Assembly: GCA_964199315.1 (NCBI GenBank)
Contig: OZ116699.1
Location: 15,066,001 to 15,130,000 of the forward strand
Origin: Orbicella franksi
Taxonomy: Eukaryota
DNA length: 64,000 nucleotides
Direction of reading: 5' to 3'
Shown piece after piece: positions 49,611-61,600 of this stretch (position 1 is its first letter; every line of letters starts with the position of its first letter). The notes beneath the pieces were generated by a model that was not told the origin of the DNA, searched no databases, and worked only from the letters and a program-made list of their open reading frames with translations. A program made the translations under genes and the position numbers.

Positions 49611-52600
49611 ATGAAGCGGTTCAGAAATTTGTCTATGGAAGGTGTAGGTCTTGCTCTTCGGAGTGTCATTGCCCGGGTTAAAGCTGCGACGGCTAAGCGG
49701 TCAAGTGTAAGTGCAGAAGTTAGAATTAAATTTAAAATAATACCACTTCACTTGAACCCTAAATCTGCCTAAATACGTTTTTAACTGTTTTTGAACTTTT
49801 TATGGCTTCCATCACTTGTTATACAATATAACTGATTAAAATGTTTTTCAGTAGCAAGGGTTAAAATCAAAAGTTACCAGGAGTCTGTAGAAAAGCAGAA
49901 ATGCTTGAAGTAACACACCTCTTTCGACAGCCATTACATAAGCTTATAAACCCCTGCATAACTAAGTTGACTGCTTAATGTTTGACAAATTATTCAATAT
50001 GTCTAAGCTTATAAGAAAGTCAGAATGGTTCAATCGAGAAAATACGAATAAGCTCTCTCACTTTGCAAACTGTCATTGGTCATATTGATTTTAGGATCTT
50101 CCTAAAACCACCCCTCGTCTTGTTGCTGTCAGCAAGTTAAAGCCAGCAGATTGCATAATTGAAGCTTATGAGCATGGTCAACGACATTTTGGAGAAAACT
50201 ATGTGAGTGAGTTTTTTTGTCAAGCACTGGCAGCTTAAGCCACCACACTAATGTGTCTTTGAAATGACATGTTTCCAATGATGTGCTTTTGTATGATGTC
50301 AAAAGCTTTGCATTCATGTTGTAATTTTGCTTTATTTTACCCATCCATACTAAAATGCTAAAAACCGCTGGTATGCCACTCTGGACAGCATTTTGAAATG
50401 TACGTAAGTAAATTTTTGATGAAAATGATGAGTGTGGATGATAGGCAAAAACTCATCAAAAGTTTGTGTTTTAAAATTAAATTGGATTCATGCAGACTGG
50501 GCCTTACAGTCAGTTTATTTACAAATAATGTTTATTATAATCACCCACAATTGGAACCTGATCAATATAAACAGATATGTGGACAGATCTAATAGTATTC
50601 CAGTATTGTTTCTCCAGAATTCAGGTTCTGCACTCTAATTGGTTGCTTGACAATAAGCATTGTTAAAAGTAAACTTTGACAATCAAGATACTCAACATAA
50701 TTTTCATCATGCAGCATACTTTTTTTTTGCTAAGGGGGTGTCTATTTGATTGATAAACAAATTGTAGGTGAAGGTAGATTTAAGTATTACTGTGTTTACT
50801 TAATCATTTACACAGGTTCAAGAACTGATTGAGAAGTCAAATAATCCAAAGGTTTGCTATAAATGTTTTAGCTTCAAAGTTTATGACAATCAAAATTAAA
50901 CTATCCTGCTTCGGGGTTTTGGATAGTTGTGGAGCTGTGTGAAAATGGCAAGTGAAAACAAATGGATGGGTTTGGAGCCACAGGATGAAAGGGATTGGCA
51001 TGAAGAATTATAAGGGGGCCAGGTGTTTGGTTAGTTCTGAGCAGCACAAAAAAAACATTGGGCAAAAAAGGGGAGGGGTGTTGAACCACATGAACTTGGA
51101 ACTTGGATTAGTGTGTAGAATGGTGATTGGATTCTTGAATTCAAGATGTTTGGTTAGTTCTAGAGCAGTGTCAAAGGACAAGTGAAAAAAAGGGAAAGGG
51201 TGTGGTGCAAGAAGGCAAGAGAATATCTTTCTGTCATCCTCTTGCCACAAAATCACTTACCCTTTTCTGCTTGCCATTCTTGATGCTGTTGCATTTCCTG
51301 AAATCAAGTTTCGTTCCCAGTTTTTGAGTGCATACTATTATTTTTTATGCTGGATTCCTAGACAAGTTTTTCATCAAGCCATGATTTAATGATCAAGTAT
51401 GGAAATTATGTTGAATTTAATTTCCACTGATTAATTCATTATTTTGTAATTGAAGGGAACGTTTGACTGATACCAAATTTGTAAGATCCATTCTTATGTG
51501 AAATACATTCAATGACTTATAGGATTACTTGTGATTTATTTTTTGTAATGAATTACTTATTTCAGATTCAGGAACTTAAGGACATACGATGGCATTTCAT
51601 TGGTCATTTACAGAGTAACAAATGCAACAATATTGTTGGTAGGAACTGAATAACATTATTGTTTCTGGCTGCAGTTCTAATACCAATTCTAACTTAGAGT
51701 TGATAATTTTTATCTTACTTATGCCCACAGGTGTCCCTAACCTTTTCATGATAGAGACTGTGGACAGTGCAAAGCTTGCAACCACACTCAACTCCTCGTG
51801 GGAAAAACAAAACAAAACCAAACCCCTTAATGTGATGGTTCAAGTGAACACAAGCAAGGAAGAAAGTTAGTGTTCCCTCTCAAGATGAGACATTAGGTTT
51901 TCCAAAATTATCTTTCTTTTCTACAGTCATTCTACAGATTTTAGTATACTGTGTGTGCGATGAGAAATGTGATTGGTATGAAAACAGAAAAGTTCCAAAG
52001 TGCAGTATGTGAAGAAAGTTGCTTCTTATACCCTGTGATAGTGGTTTTAACATCTGGGCTGGTGCATTCAAATCTTCACTTGTCTGATGGGCACATAAGA
52101 TACAATTTGAGGAAATTGCAGAATTAAAGAACCTGTGCACAGAAGATAGGGTGGTGAAAATGACTGTTTGGCTAATACATGATAGTTATTGCTTGTTGAA
52201 AAACTGATTTTTTTGCATGATGCAGTGATTAATTAATTTTATTGTTGGCTGCTAGAACTCTCCAAAACACCACTCAACCATCCCACTTCTAATGATAATA
52301 ACTTTGGTATGCTTAATAAGACAGACAATGAAACATCATGGCATACAAATCTAAAGAATTAGATTTACAATCATACAGTTACATGTACACATGTTTAATG
52401 ATTAAAACAATGTTACTAGCAAGTCTAGAGGCCACTATCGCCAGCCCTTTCATATATGTAGGTGCTTTAAAGAAGAGGGTGGGAGGAAGGGAGGGCTGAA
52501 AGGACCTTTGTAAGAAGGTGTGATGGGTGTGGGAAAAAAATCAGTTACTGATTGCTTAAAATCAATTCTTTTTTATATTGGGTACAGTTCTTGTCTGGCC

Positions 52601-55371
52601 AGCCTGGCTCATAAGCAAGATCTACTATAAATACATGTGTTGCAGTGTGTATACTTAGAAAATCTACAAATTTCAATTGACATTTGATTGCTTGTTATTG
52701 TATATCTTATATTTCCACTGATTTTGTTTTGTTGCAGGTAAAAGTGGATGTTCAAGTGATCATTGTGTAGAGCTTGTGGAACACATTATCTCGCACTGTC
52801 CTCATTTAAAGTTTTCAGGACTAATGACTATTGGTGAAATGAATTACGACTGGAGTCAAGGGGCAAATCCTGATTTTATTGTAAGCACAAAGTTGTTCTT
52901 TAGATTAATGAATTGTTGGGCCATTATTGTTATGTTAATATTGAACTGTTGTACAAAGTGCTGTTTCATGTACTTTCCACACAAAAAAGAGTAAGGATTG
53001 CCATTATGCAAGACATAGTGCCTTCATCATCAGCACATTTGGACCCTGGATTAAACATTCTACTCTGGAATGTAGCCAAGCTCCTGTTCTTAGGCAAAAC
53101 ACTTTACTCTGACTTATAGTGCTTTTTCTAACCTGGAGTATAAAAGGGGCAGGGCTTGAAAAAAACTTGAATTCCAGCGTGCCCTTGGGACAAGTACATG
53201 TAGCTCTCAAGTTTTGGTTGCCCTGGGCAAGTCTTAGTTTGTTCTTTTAATGCTTTAGTTGGCAGATAACTTGACTGATCCCTTGCCCATTATGCAAGTG
53301 AGAATGTAAGTTACTTGCAATTGCACAGTAATTGCAAGTAACTTTTGTCCCAGATGACTGCACGGCACCTTTCTTGAGTCCAGAGGGTGCCAACAACTTA
53401 AAGGTCAACCTGGTAAAATGCTGAGGTTAGCCTAGTAGCCTGCAAATATGTACAACCTTAAGAATGAGTATATTCAATACTTCTGGATGCTTCATGCTAC
53501 AGAAACTGAGATAAACTCTTCTAGCCTTCTGTGCAGGTGTTCTTGCTGGTTGAGAACACTGGATATTTCTGTTCACCTATCAATAAGCCATCGCAAAGCT
53601 GTTAAAAAAACAAATAAATGGTTCATGTTGGGATGAAAGAACAAGAATATAGAGGGGGTGAGGCAATATTTTCTCTTCCCCTCCTCCTTCCCTGTCACTT
53701 TTCATTCAACCTTACTCCTGCTTCTCAGAACACATTTTTTTTCTCTCTCCAACCCTCCCCTATTGGTGCTAACCAGAAATGCACCTGTATTACAGGCTAA
53801 AACTCTGGTGGTGTCAGGTACTCAAGCCCCAATTAAGTTTACAGACGAGGGCAGCTGTTTTGTTAGTTCTCAACAAGTGATCTTAAAAAAAGTGTAAATC
53901 TACGATACATGTAAACCTGTGTTGTAACTTTAGTGTTCTTATTTTCTTTTCAGTGTTTAGTGGAATGCCGGAAAAACGTTTGTGAAAAACTAAGCCTTAG
54001 TCCAGAAGATGTAGAATTGAGCATGGGAATGTCAAATGATTTTGACAAAGCGGTAAGTGTATTGTTTGAAGGCTGTGTCCAGTCAGTTGAGTGACATCTT
54101 AAGGCATGTTACGGATAGTTGCAATTCTGTTTAACTGGTATTATTGGTATTTCAACATAAGGGCACATGAATGAAGTATATTTGTTTCAAGAGAGTCACT
54201 TGACTGTATCTGCAAACAGTCTTTTACCTGCTGAAGGAAGTTATAACTTTATTTTTTGTGGGCACGGGATAGAGACAAAAATCTGAGTCCCCGACAGACT
54301 GGAGCCCATGATCTTCCACACACTGGTGTGGTCAATGCTCTAAGCACTGAGATACAGGGAGACTCATGGCAAGCTGGAGCGAAAGCATGTCATGTTGTAT
54401 GTGTTATTGAGTGCCAACTGTTCCAAAGAGGTTGGACAAACACTTGCTGTCAAAGAAGAAGTATTGTCAATTATCATTATCAATCAACACTAGAATGGTT
54501 TTTGATTGACTGTTCTCAAACTCATTAATAATTCATCAAGTTACAAAAGAAAATCAGAAGGTTACCATGAAGGAGGTTTGGATACTCGGGCTTAATTAGC
54601 ACAGATTTTGACGAGTTTACTTCTCTGTTTACTCCTTAGTTTTTGTTTGGGCTGAGAAGATATATCAAACACTCGGGATAGTGTTTCATCGGCCATCCAA
54701 ACAGCTCGAATTTCGTCAAAAATACTTCGCTGTGCGTCGTATTTTCAACTCTCTTCTCGATGGTTGAATATCCCGATGAAACACTGTCTTTCGTCTTTGA
54801 TATATTACTTGAACATAAATAATAAAAATGTATTTTTTGGTCTTGCTTTTTCTGCTTGGGCTCTCTACATCATCATAATAATAAAAGATGGTTTCTAAAA
54901 ACGAACTCCTGTATAAACATGCTCTAATTGTTCAGAAGTGTGAACAAACTAGTTTTTCACACTTGGCACTGGCTTCAGGATTTCTCTCTGAACTTACATT
55001 GGTTGTTAACGTTATACAAGTTCTTGTGATTGGCCATTTGTGTTGGATCATCTCTGATCATGTCTGGCCTTTCCTTCGTACTCCCTTAACTGTCCCCCAG
55101 TTCTAAACAACGCATGTTTCTTTTTTGGTAGATTTTAATGGGCAGTACAAATGTACGAGTAGGCAGTACCATATTTGGTGCAAGGCAACCTAAACAGCCA
55201 AGCAATGCCTCCACAGTGCAGGGAGCTACTCAGCCTACCCCCCAGGAACCAAAATCGACACCTGATGTATCACAACTCAACATTAGCGAGGATATGTTAC
55301 AAAACTTGAACATAGACAATGAAGTCAAAACCAAAAGATGTACACATTCTGCGCACAGCAATGCAACATAG
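49611..55371 (+). CDS. PLPBP: Pyridoxal phosphate homeostasis protein (PLPBP/PROSC, YggS family), about 309 aa, 8 exons
   Basis: Exons 49611-49706, 50095-50202, 50816-50851, 51566-51638, 51731-51865, 52738-52880, 53954-54052, 55132-55371. Motifs [60 protein letters not shown] and [15 protein letters not shown]. Confidence 0.96.
53522..53799. mobile_element. Degraded TAG...CTA-terminated MITE with a probable 9-bp TSD
   Basis: TAGCCTTCTGTGCAGGTG versus CACCTGTATTACAGGCTA. Flanks AAACTCTTC / AAACTCTGG (7 of 9 match). Confidence 0.6.
54255..54380 (-). mobile_element. tRNA-derived SINE fragment
   Basis: GAGTCCCCGACAG...CCCATGATCTTCC...GCTCTAAGCACTGAG reads as a reverse tRNA-like head with A and B boxes. 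Confidence 0.5.
54513..54808. repeat. Repeat family B, uninterrupted copy
   Basis: Colinear with 41586-41945 minus the 126-bp insert and one TSD copy. Confidence 0.8.
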
Positions 55372-55959
55372 CGATAGAAATTATTTTGTGGAATTTGCTG
55401 GCGTTGATACCAGGGGTTCTGCTATAAACTGCAGCCAGGTCGTGCGACACTTCAACTCAAAGTCTACCATACTCTGCTCCTTTAGAATCATTTTTACCAG
55501 TGATTTTTTTTTAAGGGCACAATGGTAAAAGTAAAAGAAAGCGAAGGACATAAAAATAATTACAATGCGCAACAAAATTGAAAGTAGCAGTAGTAATAAT
55601 AAATCGTTATTGATAAGTCACAAAACTAAATGTGAATCTGAGGATGCTAAGTTTTAGATTGTGATTTAAAATCTAAAGATCATTCTTTGCTTAACACAGG
55701 GTTCGTATGGGTCCTGGAAAACCTGAAAAGTCCTGGAGTTTTGTTGTGGTGTTTTCCAGGATTGGAAAGCCCTGGAAAAAGGCTTCTGGTCCTGCATAGG
55801 TCTGGAAATCTATTGAAATTTACCAAATTCTCAGACCAAAGAAAATTATCTGAACTAACATTACAAGAATTGAATGGCAGACAGTAAGGGCAATTAATAG
55901 TGGGAGTGAAAGGGATTTATGTTAATAGTTTTTAAAATTATTAACAGAAATTTGAAAAC

Positions 55960-56229
55960 GCAACAATCACCGGTCGTTTTGGATTTGTTTGAGCAAAACG
56001 CAGACAGGGAAATTACGTGATTATCGTAAGGTCTTTGTTTTGGTAGAGCTCCGTTTTTAAAATGTTTTCTACCCATACTAAAACGCAAAGCCGGCGTTTT
56101 CGAACTCCGTTTTAAAGAGCGTTTTTGAAAAGCTCCGTTTTCGTGACGGATTAGTGTGGACGGTAGGCCTAACCGTTGAAATAACGCTGCGTTTTCAAAT
56201 TTCTCCGGCGTAGTGTGGACGGGGTTTAA
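55960..56229. mobile_element. Partial Harbinger-type MITE
   Basis: Ends ...TTTTCAAATTTCTCCGGCGTAGTGTGGACGGGGTTTAA. A related end AGTGTGGACAGGGCCTAA lies at about 47802-47819. Confidence 0.55.
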
Positions 56230-56934
56230 AATTGCTGTGTATTTTAATGGAGAGTGTATTTTGACTGGCCTTGCTTGCCAAAATACAGGCCAACTCGTTT
56301 CATATACAGATATTAAATGTCTAATAAGATAGTGCATTTTTTGACATGCGTTCTTATCGCATCAGTCACAATTGCAGTCGATAACAAAACCGCGACAAGG
56401 TCTTTTCAGTTTATGGATTATGAACTTCTTTCACTCAGGGAACAGTTCCAAATGTGTAAAAGTACCAGCAGATAATATAAGCTTTCGAACAGAGGAAGCC
56501 CTAAGAAGGTGTGAATCCACTTAGTCATGTTATGTAGCTTGCATGACGCAAGGGAAAGTTTTTGGGGAACTGATTCCTGATTCTATCTTTCTCTGAATGC
56601 GGTATCGATCATTTCTATCTTCTATTGTACTTAGCTTGAAACGTAACGCTAGCACAAGACCGTACACGACACGATGTCACTGTTTTATACTCCGTCAATA
56701 ATACATCTAACTTTGGATACAATATCTGATAATATCACAAACCATATGCAGAATTATCTTCCCAGACACAATAGTCTTCGATTTGATAGGTACAGTATTA
56801 TTGAAAATTTAGTACAAAGCTTCTGAAACTTTTATATACCTCATACTTGATATGTTACTCTTGGTTTTCTCGTACGTGAGCGCATTCTGTTTTGAAACTT
56901 CCCGAGTGAATGGACTTCCCCGAGGGCTAAAAAT

Positions 56935-57485
56935 ATGTTTTAAAAATATTCATTTGGCTGGTCACGCAACGCTTGTCCCGGTAAGACATTTGAGGCATAT
57001 TCTCCCGGCATATTCCCAAGGTTGTCAATTATAAAAAGCGTAAGCCTCTCATAAGATGTTCCATTCTTTCAGGCAATAAGAAATTGAATATTTTCTTGTT
57101 GGGAAATCCCGTTGAAACGTCGTCATATGATTATCACAGCCTCTTGCGGTAAATATGCAACGGGACAATTCCCTCTTTCTCGGAAGCTCTTTCGGTTTCT
57201 GAGAAATTATGATGCGATCTCATTGGCTCGATTACAATGGGGTGTTTTTGTTTTTTTAAACAACCAGCAAAATTTACCAGAAAATTGCCTTACTCGCTTG
57301 AAGAGTAACCGTTGTAGCTGAATACACGACTTTCACTTGGAACAATCTCAAAGAAGTGGATTACGATGGTTCAGAAATAATCGAGAAAGCGCCGACCAAA
57401 GTTTTGAAAGTCCTGGATGCTGGTGAAGCGGATCTATATATGCCTTCGTCGCCGGAGAATCGAGGTACGGCAATCATTGTCCTCG
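56935..57485 (+). pseudogene. Orphan exon-like blocks, possibly a decayed alpha/beta-hydrolase (acyl-CoA thioesterase/BAAT-like) gene
   Basis: Blocks 56935-56980 (GTAAGA donor), 57073-57148 (TTTCAG / GTAAAT) and 57318-57485 (TGTAG / GTAAGC; open frame ...ADLYMPSSPENRGTAIIVLG). There is a stop at codon 3 and a phase mismatch between blocks. Confidence 0.4.
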
Positions 57486-58054
57486 GTAAGCCTTATTCTA
57501 TTTCTGTGATTTTATAAGATTCACTTAAGTTCGAATTTGGCACATACGGTGGCTGGAAAGGAAAACAACGAAATTTTTGCCTTTCTTAATGTATTTAATT
57601 CATATATCTTAAAAACAGGCGAGCCTGCAAAATGTTTCTTGTACCTTGATTAAAATGAGTTGCGTGATCGAGCGTGAAGCAACTAGTCTTTAATAATGTG
57701 CAACGAGCAAACTCACTTCAATTCTAGTTGCGATAACAGACCTTAAAGAAAGAAGAACCCAATTTGTCGATGTCTAAGGACTAACTTTGCATTTTAAACC
57801 GAAATAAAATACGATTTTCGCCATTTCCGTGTTGCGATTCGGTAGTCGCATAGATCTCGGTGACGTCACCTGTATTGTAGGTTACTATGGATAGTTTTGT
57901 TTAGCAAGTATCGAACGTTCGGAGTGCAAAGTCTATATTTTTTTCGTGGTGGGAAAGCTTTATAATGTCGACGCCGCAGTTGTAATTACATCAAGAGGAA
58001 CTGATCTCAAAACGCCGGTAGAAAAAAGGAAAATAACATATTATGTTACATTAA

Positions 58055-58510
58055 TATACATTATTATATCTCTTAGTTAGTACGCGCGCTGTGATTGGTC
58101 AATTTAGCGGGCCGTACTGTCCTGTACGGCCCGCTAATATTTAAAGTTGGTTTTGTTGCAAAACTCTTTTGTGATTTATCGCAAAGTGTTCTTAACTTTT
58201 ATAGCAAGTAAAAGGTTAAAACTTTCAATTACTCTCAATTGTGTTGTAAAGCGTGCTAACGACTTAAAACGATTTCAGACTGACTCATTTTGCTTTCGAG
58301 GTGAGTCAGAAATTTGAAGTCTTTCCGAGTCCGCGTGAATAGAAATCGTTCTCGAACCCGTCAGACACACAATAGAGATATAATAAATATCTTATTAACC
58401 TCGTCTTCTCGGTCCGTACTGTACGGATCCTCGTTTTTTTCCCCTTCGATTTATGGCCCAAGCGCGAAAGTAAGAGGCAGATGATAAAGTCTGTTCCCGT
58501 TTTTCAAATG
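58055..58510. repeat. Hairpin-containing interspersed repeat upstream of ZNFX1
   Basis: Perfect 14-bp stem TTAGCGGGCCGTAC-TGTCCT-GTACGGCCCGCTAA at 58104-58137. Boundaries are approximate. Confidence 0.5.
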
Positions 58511-58694
58511 ACGTTTATTTCACAAAAAAAGATCCCTCGGACATATGTCCACATTGTCCTATTAAAGGATCAAGTTTTATGTGTAAAGTTTTGTCATCTT
58601 TCGTCTTATTTCAGAAGAGTTGACCAGGAATCGAAGAAATAGAGCGGTCGCAGTTTAAATCCACAGAAACCTGTCGGGTGTTCGCTGAGAAGTC

Positions 58695-61600
58695 ATGTTC
58701 AGCGGCTACAAGGATGAGAGGAATAGTGGAAGACCCGGAGGAGGGTTTCGTGGGAGAGGGGGAGGGGGAGCAAGAGGGGGGTGGAGAGGTGGTGCGAGGG
58801 GAGGTGGAAGAGGTGGTGGAAGGGGAGGGCGTGGTGGTGCCGGATCTTCGGGAAGCCAGCGTCCAGTTAAGCTAGGATTCAAAGCCCTTCAAGACCTGGA
58901 GACTAAAACCCCAGACGAGATCATTCTCGATTTAACATCGAGTCGATGCTTCCCAGCCACTGAATCTTTATTAACGGAACAAACGTTCATGAAAGAGGAC
59001 TTTATTGTGTTGATTGTGAGCATTTTAAGCAAAGCTTGTGATTGCAGCTCTAAGGAATACCTTCTCAAGCTGCTAAACCTGCTGCCAAATTCGGTGTTTT
59101 TCAACTTCCACCTGAGACCTCATCTCAACCGGTTATCTGCCAGCAGGATGCCCCCTTCTGACATAGCAGTGTTTTTGAGGAATGTGGTTAAAATAATGAA
59201 TGAACTACTCCGAAGATACCCTAACTCATACGCTGATTTGCCAGTGCCTGACCTGTACTGCAGTACAACAATGCTTTTTACAGCAGGTCAGCTAGAGGAT
59301 AGCGCTCTTGTGAATGATGTGGAGGAACTGATGAAATTAAGGAACGAAAAGGGCGAGGAACTGAAGAAAAAAGAAGAGGAAAAGCAACACAGAAGAAAAC
59401 CTCGTAGAGATGGTGAGAATTTTTAATGTATAGGAATCGCTCTTTCTCTTAGAAATAGAACAAATGAATTTTCTTCGTGCACTAATGAAACAATTTCTTT
59501 CATGTAATTGTCAGCTGGTGAGAATGATGACCTTAACCCACCGAACGATTTCCGTGAGCTCAGTGTCATTCCCACACAGGAAGACATCTTGACAGGGGAA
59601 AGACCTTTCCTCAGGAGGAACAAAATTGATGGGAGCTACCACGATGCGGAGCACTATTTGGACGTACAGTTTCGACTCCTTCGCGAGGACTTCGTGCGGC
59701 CCCTTCGCGAAGGGATCGCCCAGTTGCTTGAGCGTATTGGGTCCGCTAGGATTGGTGCCTTACAGGACATACGTGTGTACAAAGATGTTCGCTTGTTGTA
59801 CCCTCTATGCACGTCTAACGGTCTCCAATACAAAGTCCAGTTCGACAACACCAAACTCAGGCATGTACGCTGGGAGAACAGCAAACGGCTCATCTTTGGT
59901 TCGTTGATGTGTTTATCCAAGGACAAGTTTGAGAGTTTTGTTTTTGCAACCGTGGCCAACCGTGATCTTAAAGAGTTAAAACAAGTAAGACTTTATGATT
60001 TGAGGGTCTAGCAGTTAACCCTGGTACATATCTGATTTTGCATGGACATGCCAAACTCACGTCACAAAATAATATAATCACAAATTGGTTTCCATGGAAA
60101 ACTGATTTGGAGCGCAGATCAGGCATAATTATTACATCTGCTGATAGGTGTGGGCCCAAACTCTTCATTCATGGAGAGTGAGAATCGCCCATGCCAACGG
60201 ATAACAGTGCATGGGGTGTCACTCTGGTTTACAATTGATTGACTAGAAGAAACGTAATGAGCTAGAACTTGAGAATCCTTTTCGAAAACGCCCATCTAAA
60301 ACATACTTGAGAAACCTTGATGTTCACCAGAGATTCGGTAAAAACTTGACAAAAGCAGGCGAAACGATTTATTTCTCCACTCTCCACTCTACTAAATGGT
60401 TAACAGCTCCACACCCGCAAAAGCAAACGTCCTTCAAGTACGCTAACCAAAGCAACAGGGTTTCCCGGATATCGAATACTTCTCTCAATTTTGTGGTCCA
60501 GCAACGGCTGCACCCACCAAGAGGGTGTAATGACTGATCATGGAATCGCTTTGAATTTTCCATGGCCAAGGGGGTCAAAATCTTACGAGAGATGCAAAAA
60601 AGTCACCAGGTCGGGTTTGACCAGGTCTGCTTCAGAGAGAGGCACGTCGAACCACCGCGTTGTATGTATACATACATACATTTATACACATTTCAAGTTT
60701 AGTAAGTAATTGAGCCGTCTTGTTCCTCTTTAGGGTAAAGTGGACATACAGTTCATCAAGGTTTCAGATAATGTAAGACTTGAGAAAGGTGACGTGTATC
60801 AGATGGTAGAGAGTACTGTCTACTTTGAAGCTTATCGTCACGTGCTGGAAGGACTCAAAGAAGTTCAACCACAAAAACTCCCCTTGCAGGTAACGGACTC
60901 GGTGGTTGACGCACCAAAATAAATATTGATCAGCAAGTAGGACTGGAATGATGGATAGTTTTTCATTTTCCACGAAGACAAACCTTTCCCGCGTTTTGCT
61001 TTTCTCATGTTGTGTTCTGTTATTCATTCACCCTAACTTAAAGAACCCCCTTTTTGCCGGAGTGGGTTGTCTTCTTCTTCTGAAATGCATTCTTTTTGAC
61101 GTTTCGCAAATTATTGTTTTCTTGGTTCATTCAAAACAGAACTACATCGTAAATTGCCAGAAGCACGTTCGAGCTCCCGCCTACTTGAGGAACAGGCTGC
61201 GGGGACAAGTGACCTTTGATCTCACGCCTATCATGAAGAAAGGAAACATGAACAGCACTGGAAGGTAGATTAAATACACAGATACTCGACATACTCCACT
61301 GAATTTTCCACTGAGTAGAAGGGGCGGCGAATGATACTTGGGAAATTGTGATTCTCGGAACTGAACTTTTGATCCGATCTTAAAATCTTGGAATCCTTTG
61401 TGACGCGTCACGAAAGTCTCGTTTTGTGTTTTTCTCCCTTTCTCTTAGTCTGATATCGTTCAAGTCTCAGACCCGAATTTTCAACAAAGGAAATAATCGT
61501 TTATGTCTTGACGAGTCTCGTAGTCTCCCATTCGTCAACCCTAATACCTTTGAATAGCCTCTTTTTGTCCACCAACGACATGATGATAGATAACCGAGAT

